The position numbers and the translations under genes are program-made. A stretch of DNA of 64,000 nucleotides from Takakia lepidozioides (Eukaryota > Plantae > Bryophyta): the NCBI GenBank assembly GCA_030704615.1, contig CM060734.1:16864001-16928000 (forward strand), written 5' to 3'. The notes below the pieces were generated by a model, which was not told the DNA's origin, searched no databases, and worked only from the letters and a program-made list of their open reading frames with translations. Below, in pieces: positions 49,885 through 63,500 of the stretch. Position 1 is the first letter of the stretch; each line of letters begins with the position of its first letter.

Positions 49885-52800
49885 ATGTGCTGTCCTAGTG
49901 GACATTCCAGGTGGGAATGTCCACTAAGGGGGGTAAAATTAAGAAGTTACCCAAGGAGGCAACAGCCAATCAGGAGCGAGAGTTTCATGCAGGTGGTTCC
50001 CTCCAAGAAACAAGAACAAGAAATTAGAAGAGTTATGAGCGGAAGAGTCGGGGTGGCTCCGAATAACCAGTGTCTCGACGGGAGGGGCAATCAAAGCTAT
50101 AACTTTGTAGCTATGGCGGATATTACATATTATACGCTCGCTTTACTTCTTACACAGTGGCGCAAGGACGGACGGGTTGAGAGTACATTCTCTCTCACTC
50201 GATACTTGCAAGCTCCACAGGCTTACATGCACTTACCCGTTCCTTTTTGTGCCAACCATACTTTTATGCTCTACGCCTTGCAAGCTTTCTTAGAGCTATT
50301 TAAAACAAGGCCATCTTGTTTGTCTGGAATGAAGAGAATTCGGGGAATGGAGGATGTCAGGGTGAAGAGCACCACGATTCTGCAAAAGCAGACAATTGTT
50401 ACACCTCAGGCAGTGCAACTGTTGAAGGAGTTGCGGTTGGAAGGACTGCTACGCAAGGAATGGTCCTTGCATCATAGGGCGTTCATGATACAATTCATTC
50501 AGAACTTTGAACCTCAGACGGGAGTTACACAAGTGAGGGGAGTAGATATAGAGATTACTTCCCAATACTTGCAGTAATTGTTTGAATTGCCATCAGGCCG
50601 TGTAAATGTGGATGAGCACAGGGCAAGATTGCAGATGGGCAATTTGTTCCAAGAAGGGAGTTTCTTTAAGACTCAGGGATACACTTGCACCAATGCCGAG
50701 TATCCAGGGTTAAAAGAAGTTGGTCAGGTTCTGAACGTTCTGTTTGCCATAAAACAGAACCAACAATACCTTAGCAGATCATTCACGGAGGAGATACTGA
50801 AAGCCTTGAGGGGGGAAGATGTGGCTTGGGCGGACCTAATGTACAATGGTTTGGTGGAAGAGATGAAGCAGTTACAAGGCACTGCTGCTAAGTCTCCAAT
50901 CGTTGTGTCTGGCCCAGTGATTGCGCAAATTATTCTTGATTCTTGCATACTTGATGCGCGAGAACGTAAGGAGATGGGAGTGTTTTAGGCAGCAACCACT
51001 GCAATTGAGGAGCAAGGCTCTTCACATGGTGAAGTTGGATTGGAGGGGCGGCACCAGTCCAAGAGACAAAAGAGGGACACGATTATAGTGGCAGATCCAC
51101 TAGCTTCAAGGGAACCGCGAAATGATGATGTTTCCATAGCTCTTGTGCAAGATGGGGAACAACAGCACAGAGGGTTGTTATTACTGGAAGCACGACATTT
51201 GGAGAGGGAAGAAGAAGTTACTTCGGTACCACAGCCATCACAGCTAGTTGATTCAGTTGTCTCAGAGGTCCCTCAGTTAGTACATGTCGTTGCACCAGAG
51301 CCTATTGCTCTGGAAGGAGAAGGGTTGGACATTCCCACTACAGAGCAGATCGTGGCAGAAATTGAAAAGGGTGACCTTCTTTATGAAAACTTTGGCTTGG
51401 TCAGGGAACCAGTGTTACCAGAGGTGCAGAGTTTGTCCAAGGAAATCCCTGCTGTGCATGTGATACCCAAACCTGTGGTGGAGGTTCCAGAGGTAGAATG
51501 TAAGGGCACTGCAGCGCCTGTGGAGAATGAGGTCGTTCAGGAAGAAGATCTTGTGGGAACGTGGCCTGATTGGTTGGTGAAACATCACACTGTGGAGGAT
51601 CAGGGAGAACAGCAGCAAGTTCACCATGAAGATCCACATCAGGCCATGCTTATGAGTTCCATAAGCAGGACACTCAATTTGTTGGGCACTTATGTGAAAT
51701 CCCATGTGCCATCTACACAATTGGCAGCTTTGAGGGAGAAACTCAAGCAGGAGTTTGAGGCTAGAATTGCCACTGAGTGTGCAAACAAGGTAGATATGGA
51801 GGCCAACCTCAAGTTACAGAAAGAGTTGGAGGACACAAAGGCTGCCTTGCAGCTAGCAAAGGGGAATCTGATTGAAGCAGGAGAAATTGCATGCAGTACA
51901 TAAGCAACAGCTATACCAGTTGCAAATGATGCACGAGGGAAAATTGTAGGAGGTGAAGGTGCGTCATATAGAGTTGGAGGCAGTTCATCAGAAAATGACC
52001 ATCCAATACGTCATGCTAACAACTGCTCTGCAGCAGAAGTTAACAAACAAGCAGAGAGGTGTATGATAGTGGAGGCCGAGACAGTGGAGCAAGGGAAACT
52101 CATTGCTGAGTTGAAGGCTACTATCCATGGCAATGAGGATACCTTCCAACAATATAGTCGGATGGAGACAGAGAAGGAAAGGTACATCCTGGAGTTGCAG
52201 CAAACTCTCACGGGCCAGAAGAATGAACTTTCTGTGGCTAACAAGGCTTGGAAAGAGGCCAATAATCTGGCTGTTGCCTATGCGGCCCTGGTTGAACCTC
52301 ATGCAAAGCGCATGGAGGCTTTACAGCAGCAGTTAGATGTGTACAGACTCAAGGAGGAGCAGGTTCTCAGGGGTGCCACACATGACTTGGTGGATAATCA
52401 CCTTATACAAGTGTGGTTAGCACAAGGGCCGGTAGAAGGAAAAGCACCAAGGAAGCAGAGATGAATGATCTCAAGCTACAGGTCCAGAACATTGCCACAA
52501 ATAGCTGAGTTACAGGATGATGTAGAAGGGCTGCAGACTCAAGTGGATGACCTGAGCTCGAACATTGACAACAGAGCTTTAGTTCCTGAAGAGCAGCTCA
52601 TGGCTACTTATCTGCAGGCCAGGACTTTGATTTTCCAATCTTCTTCGCAGGAGGTGCAGAAGTTGCCAGTAGTAGGAGGGATAGTGTCGGCAATATCACA
52701 GCCTCCACAGCAGGTGGTTGTGCAGGTGGCTGACCCTATTGATACCATGGCAAAGCCAAAGCTTGAGGTTTGGGGGGATGCTGCTTTTAACCCACCTAGG

Positions 52801-53826
52801 ACTCATGCTGCACTGGAGTACAATCGGGCTATGATTATGCCCTTCAACCAAATTCCCATTGTGATGGATTTGGCTTGGAAGGAATTCAGTCCTCCATAGT
52901 CGTTGGCATATTATTACCAGATCATGCGCATTTGGTTGCCAGTGGCAACTCGGACTAAGGTTCTTCCAAACAATCGATCCATTGATGATCATCTCTTTGC
53001 AAGGTACTGGTCTGAGGCAGGCACCATGCTGAAGGAATTAATTCATGGGTACATCTCCACCAAGACCAAGGAGGTATCTAGTTTTGTCATGGGCTATGGA
53101 TTATACTATGCTGCTTGTTTCATGGCACGTTATCACATTGAGCAGCAGAAGATGCAATCACAATTTTTGAGTTATTCCAGTGGGGATCATTGGGTCTTAC
53201 CTTCAGTTCCACCCCATATGTATCTGTATGATGCAAAAGTCATGATGCAGAAGGATTCTCAGCTTTGTTCATGGTTTAATTTGGCTTGGAACAACTTGGC
53301 CAAAGAAAAATTGGGCCCTGATGATATTTTCTATAAGGGACATGAAGCTTGGAAATACTTACACTGTTCCAAAGTCATTGGCACACCTCTCACCTATACG
53401 GCCAATGAGTTCAGGGAGTTCACTCATTTTGCTTGCAAGCGCTTACAACAAGTAGTACAGTTTAAGCTTCCAGACATGGTGGGCCAACATTGTATGCCAC
53501 GCAGGATTCCGGAGGAGCCACTTAAAGTTCGGCCACCGAGGCACCTCAGGGGGGAAGATGATTCTGATACTACTGGTTCTATAGAGGAACCTTTTGACAT
53601 GGCGGAGGACTCCAGATGGCAGAGAAGAAATGACGGGGATCTCCTATGCCTGAGAGGTTACCTCGTTATCAACCACAGGAGGGTCAGACATTTCCATTTG
53701 GTGCTCAATCACCTCCATCAACCAGTGAAAGGGCTCGAGCTCGCACACAAAGCCCTTCAAGAGACTCTCACCGACAAAAGGGTGCTTGCTCACAAAGGTT
53801 TGCTGATTCTAAACAGTAAACCGTGA
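49885..53826 (+). pseudogene. G3 large 3' extra ORF (~1300 codons, broken by in-frame stops)
   Basis: Collinear ORFs 49885-50577, 50578-50988, 51040-51903, 52063-52464, 52465-52899 and 52903-53826. FIQNF...VRGVDIEIT..YLQ.LFELP resembles plant-transposon/Athila-ORF-like domains, and a coiled coil is present. Homolog at 58330-60130. Confidence 0.75.
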
Positions 53827-53857
53827 GGACATGGCTTTTTGAGAGGGGGAGGGGTAA

Positions 53858-54794
53858 TGTTAGAGGGTTGTTTGGGACTTAGACACTTTTATGGGCTCTG
53901 TGGGGTACACTTAATTTTTGCGCAGCCTTACGGATGGTAGACTTAGACCAATAGAGGCCTTAGGGGTGACAGGCACAGGCTGTAGGGGTGGTAGACAGGC
54001 TTACATACTTGGTCATAGTCTTACACAGTCCGACACAGTTTTACACAACCAGTCACAGCTCGACATAGCATGACACAGCCCGACACAGCTTTACACAGCC
54101 AGTCACAGCTTGACACAGCTTGACACAGCTTGTCACAGCCGTCACAGCGTACGTAGGGAACGGTTATCATTGGCAGGGAACGACTGTGTGGGAACGACAT
54201 CTGCAGAGGGAACATGTTACTTCAGGGGTGACAGTTAGTTAGTTAGGCGGTTAGAACAGCTTGCAGGTAGATTAGGCAGAGCAGCAACAGGAGGGGGATC
54301 ACTTCTTGGAGAGCGACTTGGTCAGGGGGAGAGGAGATGAAGCGGAGAGTGGAAACGGAACCAGGGATGGAGGAAACGGCGAAGATGGGAAGATGACTTG
54401 ATCGATGCTTAATTCATGCAAGCTGCAGAATCATACAGTAGGGCAGATTAGGGACACCATGGCATTGGCCTGATACCTGATAAATCTTAATCTGATACTT
54501 ATTCGATACAATCACACTGTGTAGAGAGACATGAGTGAAGCTGTGGAATGAATGGATGAGTGAATGGAACCTGGTAGTTACTGAAGCAATCTGATGCTTC
54601 AGTATACACAGTAAGGTAATTTGCCAACATGAAGGCAAGAAGAAATACAAATAGTAAGCACAACCATGATTCACTAGCTGTAGGTCATGACTGATTATTC
54701 TGAGCGGGCTGAGTGCTTAGAGATATCCAACTCTTCTATCTTGGAGTTTCCACCTCGGATAGCGAAGGGATGGGTGAGTAAAAGCCGCTCGACA
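53858..54794 (+). repeat. G3 3' LTR (937 bp)
   Basis: TGTTAG...TCGACA immediately after the PPT. Confidence 0.93.
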
Positions 54795-55780
54795 TGGATA
54801 CCCAAAGACTTGTTGCAAGTCAGATACACTAAAAAGACAGATGGTATTATTGTGCCCATTAAAAGTTTGGTGATCAATCAGTAAAAATGATAATTAAGTC
54901 ATAATATGGATTCTTGGAAGATAGGGTAAATCTTGGAGAAAGGGTAGAGACCACTATAAATTTTCTTTACTGACATACCAAGACTGTTTAAAGGGTGCCG
55001 AAAAGGAATTTTGCATATGATGTGGGAAGGAATGAGGAAATTAGAGAAAAAGCTAAGCAAGACAAAGCTGAACGAATAGAGAAATATGCTGCAGAAAGGG
55101 AGGCTCGGTTAAGAGAAGAGTTCCCAGAATTACATAACTTGAATATTATTCAAGGTGAGACATCAAGACAAATTGACAGTGATAAACCAGAAGATCAGGA
55201 AATCGGATCGGTGGGAAGTGGGAACACGACACCAAAAGAAGTTGCCAGTAATGCACTTGGTGAATGGTTACCACAAGAAAGATCTGAATGACCTTCTACA
55301 GTAACAAGTCCAAATCCAGGCTTTGCTGAAATATTAGAAGAAAGATTTTAGAACATTCTGAGTGAAGAAGGTGAAAGAAGTGAAAGCACTTCTCTAGAAA
55401 GGATAACCAGAACTGCACTCAAAGCTTTTAAAGATTCATTAAGCTTAGTAGGGACAGCAGCTGGAAGACGACTATCATTGGGACAAGGGCCTCCTAGCTT
55501 TGAATCACTGTTTGGAAGACAAACACCAACACCACCACAGCCAGCAGCAGCAGGACCATCCCAGTTTGGTCAACCAGTTGCACCAGTAGCACCAGTTGCA
55601 CCAATGGCTTTAGCAGCAAGCAAAACCAAACCACCGTTTCTTTTATATGATGGGAAATCTGATCCAGATATCCATCTTAATCAATTTGAAAACATATGCA
55701 CCATTTACAATGAAGCAACAGACCAGGACAAGATCCGATTATTTCCTTGTTCAATGGCCAGGAAAGGCATTGAATGGTTG
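54795..55780 (+). mobile_element. Fragment of a related, diverged Gypsy family G4 (5' ORF end and gag start), target of G3
   Basis: WIPKDLLQVRY and KPPFLLYDGKSDPDIHLNQFENIC...KIRLFPCS. Confidence 0.8.
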
Positions 55781-56690
55781 TGTAGAATAATAGGAATTTT
55801 TGACTTAATGACAATTTTCAGAACTTTTTAATATCTTTCTTATCGATATAGCCTGCGATACCTTCGATATTGCTGCGATAGGGCAATGTTCTTCGATATC
55901 TTGTATACAGTCGATAGTCTATCTTGGACTGAATGATAGAAGAGATGGATGAATAATTATAAAGGATGGATGAAGGAGTTTGAGCGGTTATTACAGTTAT
56001 TGAAGTGCCCTGCTATATTAAGCGTTAATGAGAAAAAGAAAATGTCAATTGAGCCAGAGAGCCGTGACCGGGAGTAGAGAGAGTAGAGTGAGTAGGAGGT
56101 AGACTATAGAGTTATTCTGCAATGGTAGATTTAGTACTGCGTTCTTGCAGTGTTGTGATTAATGAATGAGAAGAAGAAGAAAAAGGAAGTGCAATTCACT
56201 TTGTGTATGTGTGAAGAATGGAGTGATGGAATGAGGATGTGTTTTCGTGTGTAAGAACTGAAGAACCATGACTATATGAGATGATGAGAATGCGCATAAA
56301 TGAAACAGATAAGAATTCGATGTGAGGATTAGTTCTGGTCTATCAAGAGAAATATCGATAGAGAGATACTCAAAGCTCAAGAAGGAGCAGATTAAGGAAA
56401 CAAAGACAGAGAGAGAGTTTTCAATTGGATTCATGATATGAGTGAAACAGTGAATTAAAATCATTTGCATGGAAGAGAGCAATAATGAAGGAATAAAGGA
56501 AGTGTCAGAATTGATCTCTGGATTACCAGATCATTTATCGATAACAATCTTTCAGAAGCTTTGTTGTAGTGATAAAGAAGTATTCTTATTGCAATTGGTC
56601 AATAAAGGATGGTATAGGGAGATATCCATCTATACCGGAGTTGTTATTGGAAGTGTAGTGTGAAAAGAAGGGGGCATAAATCCCCTTCTG
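55781..56690 (+). other. AT-rich insertion with GATA-rich repeats and an F-box-like small ORF (56469-56663)
   Basis: Starts TGTAGAA where G4 gag breaks. The ORF contains ELISGLPDHLSITIFQKL...LQLVNKGW. Ends near the hairpin GAAGGGG-N-CCCCTTC. Confidence 0.4.
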
Positions 56691-57588
56691 TGTAATTCTA
56701 ACTGTACTTCTTCCAGTAAAAAGAACAACCTAGCAATCTACCAGCGGCACACGGTTATGGGTTTCCCTCCTATCGTTCATGATCAGAGTTCATAAATCCT
56801 CATCCACGCCGCAGCGGAAGAGAAAACATGGATGGGGATTGAATCCTTCTTGTTCATGATTTACACAATCTTTATACAATTGCAGCACCAATGGTGCTGC
56901 TATGATATTTTCAGTGATACAACCAGCCCTATGACAGAGCTAAATGCGACCCATGTGGGCATCACCCTTGAGCAACACACGTCGAAACCCCTTTTGTAAT
57001 GAGATCACTGATAAGAGAAATGCAACTCAGATCTGCCATGAATTACAGGTCTAGTGATTCTCTGCAGATGTCATGGTTTTTCCTCTATCTCCCAGTTGAC
57101 TATCCCTCATTACCCCTTTTACTGAGCAGCTCTCTCCCTTCCCCAACCTTTTCTCTCTCCTTCCTGCTGTAAAATTCCCTGGCTCATTTTCTTCCAACCA
57201 GCAGCCTATCTACATGCAATGCAAACACATTCAGCCATGTATCCAGTGAATCCAGCCTTGGAATCAAACCTTGGTCACACAAGACATGATCAGCTCTTCC
57301 ATCAGTCTTTCTCTCACCCAAAACAGAACCTTCACACTGTTTGCCTCCAGGGACAACCCAGTTTGTCAGTTAGTTCCTAACCCTTCTACAGATCTGCATC
57401 TACACACCCCAATAGCTCACTTTTGCACTTTTAGATTTGAACCAACAGAGTTCAAATGCTGAGTCCACTCTGAACCAGTTCTAAACTCTACATCAGTGTT
57501 AGTTTGCAGCCCCATCCACCTCTAGTAATTAAACTTGGAATCTGATTGCCTTACAGTGTGCAAGCATATTCATTCAATGTGCCCTACT
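56691..57588 (-). repeat. Probable LTR fragment of another retrotransposon
   Basis: TGTAA terminus and CGCAGCGGAAG, the reverse complement of the CTTCCGCTGCG motif common near plant LTR ends. Confidence 0.35.
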
Positions 57589-60500
57589 TGTCGAACGGCT
57601 TTTACTCACCCATCCCTTTGCTATCTGAGGTGGAAACTCCAAGATAGAAGAGTTTGATATCTCTAAGCACTCAGCCCGCTCAGTACTATCAGTCATGACC
57701 TGCAGCTAGTGAATCATGGTTGTGCTTCCCATTTGTATTCCTTCTTGCCTTCATGTTATCAATTTACCTTATTTGATACTAAAGCATCAAATTGCTTCAG
57801 TATCTACTTAGTTCCAGTTAATCATGCATTCATTTCACAGCTTCACTCATGTCTCTCTACACAGTGTGATTGTATCAAATAAGTATCAGATTATGATTTA
57901 TCAGGTATCAGGCCAATGCCATGGTGACTCTAATCCGCCCTACAGTATCACTACAGCTCTGCATGTAATAGGCATCTACTGTTCATCTTTCCTCCTTCTC
58001 TGTGCTCTCGTTCTTGCTCTCCGCCTTATCTCCTTTTCCCATGACCCAGAAGCGCTCCCCGTGAAGTGATCCTCTTTCCGTTGCCACTCTCATTATCTGC
58101 CCGCAAGCTGTTCTAACCACCTAACTAACTAACCGTCATCCCTGAAGTAACACGTTCCCTCTGCAGTTGTCGTTCCCTCACAATCGTTCCCTGTCTATGA
58201 TAAATGTTCCCCATGTACTGTAACAGGCTGTGCCGAGCTGTGACTGGCTGTGTAAGGCTGTGTCGGGCTTTGTCAAGCTGTGCCGAGCTGTGACTGGCTG
58301 TGTCGAGCTGTGTCGGGCTGTGCGAAGCTGTGATTGCTGCCAATTGGGTAGATGGAACATGGGATTTCACATAAGTGCCCAACAAATTAAGTGTTCTGCC
58401 TATGGAACTCATAAGCATGGCCTGCTGAGGGTCATCATGGTGAACTTGTTGTTGTTCTCCCTGATCCTCCACAGTGTGATGCCTCACCAACCATTCAGGC
58501 CATTGCCCCACCAGATTCTCTTCCTGAACCACCTCATCCTCCACAGGTGCTGCAGTGTCTTGATATTCTACCCCTAGTACCTCCATCACAGGTGTGGGTA
58601 TTACATGCACAGCAGGGTTTTCCCTGGACAACCGTTGCACCTCTGGAACCACTGATTCCCTTACCAAGCCAGAGTTTTCATAGAGAAGGTCACCCTTCTC
58701 AATTTCGGCCACGACCTGCTCTGTAGTGGGAATGTCCAACCTTTCTCCTTCCAGAGCAATTGGGGGTGAAGTCACAACATGTACTAACTGTGGTACCTCT
58801 AAAACAACTGAGTCAATTGGTTGTGGTGGTTGTGGTATCGAATTGACTTCCTCTTCCTTCTCTGAAGGTCGTGCTTCCAATAATAACAGCCTTCTGTGCT
58901 GTTGTGCCCCATCCTGCACAAGAGCTTGGGAAACATCATCGTGCGGTTTCCGTGAAGCCAGTGGATCTACTACTACAGTCATACCCCGCCTCTGTTTCTT
59001 AGACTGGTGTTGCCCTGCCAGTCCACCCTCACTGTGTGAAAAGCCCTGCTTTTCAATTGCACTAGTTTCTGTCTCAAACACTCCCATCTCCTTATGTTCC
59101 CGAGTATCAAGTATGCAAGAATCAAGAATTATTTGGGCAATGACTGGAGCAAACACAATGATCGGAGACTTAGCAGTAGTGTTCTATAACCTCTTCATCT
59201 CATCCACCAGTCCATTGTACATTAACTCCGCCCAAGCGACATCCTCTCCCCTCAAGGCTTTCAGGATCTCCTCTGTGAATGACCTGCTCAAATACTGTTG
59301 GTTCTGTTTCATGGCAAACCGAATGTTCAATATTTGGCCAACTTCCCTAAGCCCTGGGTACTCGGCTTTGGTACAAGCGTAACCTTGAGTTTTAAAGAAA
59401 CTCCCTTCTTGGAACAAATTCCCTATCTGCAATCTTGCCCTGTGCTCATCCACATCCACATGACCTGATGGCAAATCAAACAATTGCTGCAGGTACTGGG
59501 GAGTAATTTCTATATCTACTCCCCTCACCTGAGTAACTCCCATCCGAGGCTCAAAGTTCAGAATAAATTGAATCATATACTGCCGATGATGCAAGGACCA
59601 GTCCTTGCGTAGCAGCCCCTCCAATCGCAACTCCCTTAGTAGCTGTATTGCCTGCGGTGCTGCAATTGTTTGCTTCTGCAGAATCGTGGTGCTCTTCACC
59701 CTGATATCCTCCATTCCCCTCACTCTCTTCATTCTAGACAAACAAAAAGGCTTTGTTTGAAACAGCTGAAGGAAAGCTTGCAGGGCATAGAGCATGAAGG
59801 TATGGTTGGCACAGAATGGAACAGGTAAGTGCGTGTAAGCCTGTGGGGCTTGCAAATATCGAGTGAGAGAAAATGTACTCTCAATGCTTCCGTCCTTGCG
59901 CCACTGCGTGAGAAGTAAAGCGAGTGTGTAATCCGTTACATCTGCCATAGCTACAAAACTAGTGCTTTGATTGCCCCTTCCGTCGAGACCTTGGCTATTC
60001 AGAGCCACCCCGACTCTTCCGCTCATAACACTTCCTATTTCTTGTTCTTGTTTCTTGGAGGGAACCACCTGCATGTAATTCGCACTCCTGATTGGATGTG
60101 GACTGCTTAGGTAATTTCTTAATTCCACCCCCCTCCATGGACATTCCCACCTGGAATGTCAAGTAGGACAGCACATGTGGCATAGGTTTCTTTTTTTTTT
60201 ACTCAGAAAGGGTTCCGTTACCCTTACACTGAATGCATTAATGGGCCCACAATTAGTATTAGCTGCTGTACTAGGTAGGTACTTTGACGGCCCGATTTGT
60301 CCGTTTGCATGATGAGACCTTTTTTTGCAATTGATGCAGTGCGGTGTGCCACGCCTTAGTGGCCACGTGTCCGTTTCAAAACATGCCCCCGACTTCCCCT
60401 CTCCGCGTGGCATATTCTCCAAGTTTGACTTCCAAACTTCCTCTTCACTTGATGGCCACTTTTCTAACGTTAATTCGCGTCCACATGTTACTGACCCTAT

Positions 60501-63500
60501 GGACTGTGTAATCTGTATGGGCTGTGTTGGGCTGTGACAGGCTGTGTGGCACTGTGGTGGGCTGTGATAGGCTGTGTCACGCTGTGATGGGTTGTGATAG
60601 GCTGTGTGACACTGTGATGGGCTGTGATAGGCTGTGTCACGTTGTGATGGGCTGTGATAGGCTGTGTGACACTTGTACTTCCCGCCTTGGTCATAACGCT
60701 CGGCTTAACGACAAGTGCTCCATACTCCGTTGGTATCACTGGCGCAGCCCGTGACTGCTTTTGCGTTTCAACATGCAAATTGTGCTGCAATGGTTTGTCA
60801 TGGATACCACTGTACCCCTTCAACTTATTGGCATTGACTCTTCCCAGCATCTCTTTGTTAATGGTTTGTAACATGGCGGTGTTGTTATCATACATCTTCT
60901 GTATGACATAAGGTCCTTTCCATGGTGATTTAAGCTTAGTAGCTTAAATCTTCCCCTTCTTCTGCAACCAGAGAACCAAATCTCCCGTCTTAAAAGTCTT
61001 TAATTTGCCTTCATCAAACTGTTCCTTCCTCTTCATCTGAATTCTGGTCATGTTATCAGCTGCATCAGTACGTACTTCTTCCACATGGTATAATTCATGT
61101 TTCCTGACCTTAATTGAATCTTCTAATTCCATTCTCTTTCCCCATTCAGTTCTCATGGTAGGTAACAAGAATTCCACTGGAAGTAAAGTTTCCATACCAT
61201 AAACTAATTGGAATGGTGTATACTTAGTGGTGACTTTATATGAAGTCCTGTATGACCACAAAGTTGTCAGCAGCTTTGTATCCCAATCTGTTCTGTTTGC
61301 ATTGACTATCTTAGCCAAGATAGTACATAGTATTTTGTTGGTAGCCTCTGCCTGCCCATTACCCTGTGGGTAATATGTTGTACTCTTCCTATGCACAATC
61401 ATGAACTCTTTAGTCGATAGTTCAATGGTCTCATTAATGAAGTGACTTCCTTGGTCACTGATAAATTCCAGGGGACAGCCAAATCGTGTAAGTATGTTCT
61501 CATACAGAAACCTTGCTGTGGACTTGGCTGTGTTGTCCCTCAGAGCTTTAACTTTTACCCACTTCGTAGTATAATCAGTGGCTGTAATTATGTACTTGTT
61601 CTGTGTATTCTTGGCTGGTGAGTTAATTGGTCCAACAAAGTCTAGTCCTCATTTCTGAAATGGTTCAGTAGGCATCGTAGGATGCAAAGCCATCTTTTCA
61701 GATCTCTGCAAAGGTCCTAGCCTCTGACATTCATCACAACTCTGACAATACTTGTGTTCATCTTTGAACAAAGTAGGCCACCAGTAACCTGCAAATAGTA
61801 TCTTCCTACTGGTAGTCTCTTCTCCAAAATGACCTCCAGCCACTCATTTATGAACTTCCTCCAAAACTTTATTTACTTCATGGTGGTACAAGCATCGTTT
61901 AAGTACTCTATCAGGTCCTAGCTTATACATTCTGCCCCCTACCATAATATAAGGTAAAGCCTTGATAGCGATTCTCTTCCTCTGTTACTCCCATAACTAG
62001 ATGGGCACTGACCATGAGTAAGGTAGTATCTGATTGGCCACTGCCAATCTAACCATTCATCTGCACTTCCCTGCATCTCCATTGCAAATAAACTCGCATC
62101 AGGTAATTGGTCGTTTACTCCTGTGGCGGGCTCTCCTGTTGTTAGGCGTGACAAATGATCGGCCACAAGATGCAAACGGCCACTCTTGTAAACAACTTCG
62201 AACTCAAACTCGTGCAAGATTATTAACCACCTTGCTATCCTTCCACTTATCAAAGGTTTGTTCACCAGATGTATCAGAGCCTGGTGATCCACATAAAACA
62301 TAAACTTTCTTCCCAATAGGTAATGCCTGAATTTCTTGACTGCATAAATCATTGCCAGTGCTTCTCTTTCAGTTGTGCTATAGTTACTTTCAACACTGTT
62401 CATCAACCTGCTAGCATAGTACACAGGTGAATCTATATTTCCTGTAACATTTTGGGCTAACACCGCTCCCAACGCTTCCCCTGAGGCATCACAGTGAACA
62501 TGAAATACTACATGTCAGTGAGGGTTAATCAGCACAGGTGTAGTTGTTACTGACAATGTAAATTCCTCAAAAGCCTGTTGACATTCAGCTGTCCATGCAA
62601 ACACTGTATCTTTCTTCAGAAGCTTGCTCAATGGTGCTGCTATCTATGCATACCTTTTGACAAATCTTCTGTAATAACTGGTTTGTCCAAGGAATCTCCT
62701 TAGACTCTTAACATTTACTAGTGGTGGAGAGGCTTTAATGGCCTCTGTCTTCCTGGGATCCACAAGAAGTCCCCTCTTACACACAATGTGTCCCAAAAGC
62801 ACCCCTGAATTCACACAGAAAGTACACTTATCTAGATTCAGGCCCAGACCTCTCATCCTGCATCTGGCCAAACATAACTCCAATTTATGCAAGTGCTCAT
62901 TCTTAGAGCTGTACACACTGAAATCATCCAAGAACACCTGCATGAAATCATCCAGATACTCATGAAAAGATTCACTTATCACTCTCTGAAAGGTTGCTGG
63001 TGCATTACAAAGTCCAAAAGGCATGACTTTGTATGCATAAGCACCCCAGTCTGTGATGAAAGTTGTCTTTCCCTGGTCTTCTTCTGCCACTTGCACTTGA
63101 TTATAACCACTGAAGCCATCCATGAATGAGTACATCTCATGGCCTGCCACAGTGTCCAATACAGCTTCTGTGAATGGCAAGGGGAAAAGATCTTTCTTCG
63201 TGCAAGCATTCAATTTCTTATAGTTCACACAAACTCTCAGTTTACCATTCTTCTTGGGAACTATCACAATGGGTGACAACCAAGTTGTATACTCTATCGA
63301 GTATATAAACTTAGCCTCAGCCAGCTTCTTGATCTCTTCTCCAATCTTTTGTGCATAGTTGGGATTCATTCTCGTAGCTCCAAGCAAATACATCTCTGTA
63401 TTTGATGAACAAACTCTTAGCTTCCTCAAAGATTTCTGGCTCCAAATCAGCCCCTACCTTCACCATCCTCGGTTCCTCTTCAGTTCCCACATTCACTTTT

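Larger units (their letters stand above)
42513..54794 (+). mobile_element. Ty3/Gypsy G3, near full-length non-chromovirus element (Phygy/Athila-like) with extra 5' and 3' ORFs
   Basis: Partial 5' LTR 42513-42856, PBS TGGCGACCATACTGGGGA (tRNA-Arg-like), gag-PR-RT-RH-INT, PPT GAGAGGGGGAGGGG at 53841, and 3' LTR 53858-54794 (TG...CA). Confidence 0.95.

Noticed and set aside
56660-56705. Helitron 3' end
   Set aside because: A hairpin is present, but there is no convincing CTRR-T terminus, no 5' TC end and no RepHel sequence.
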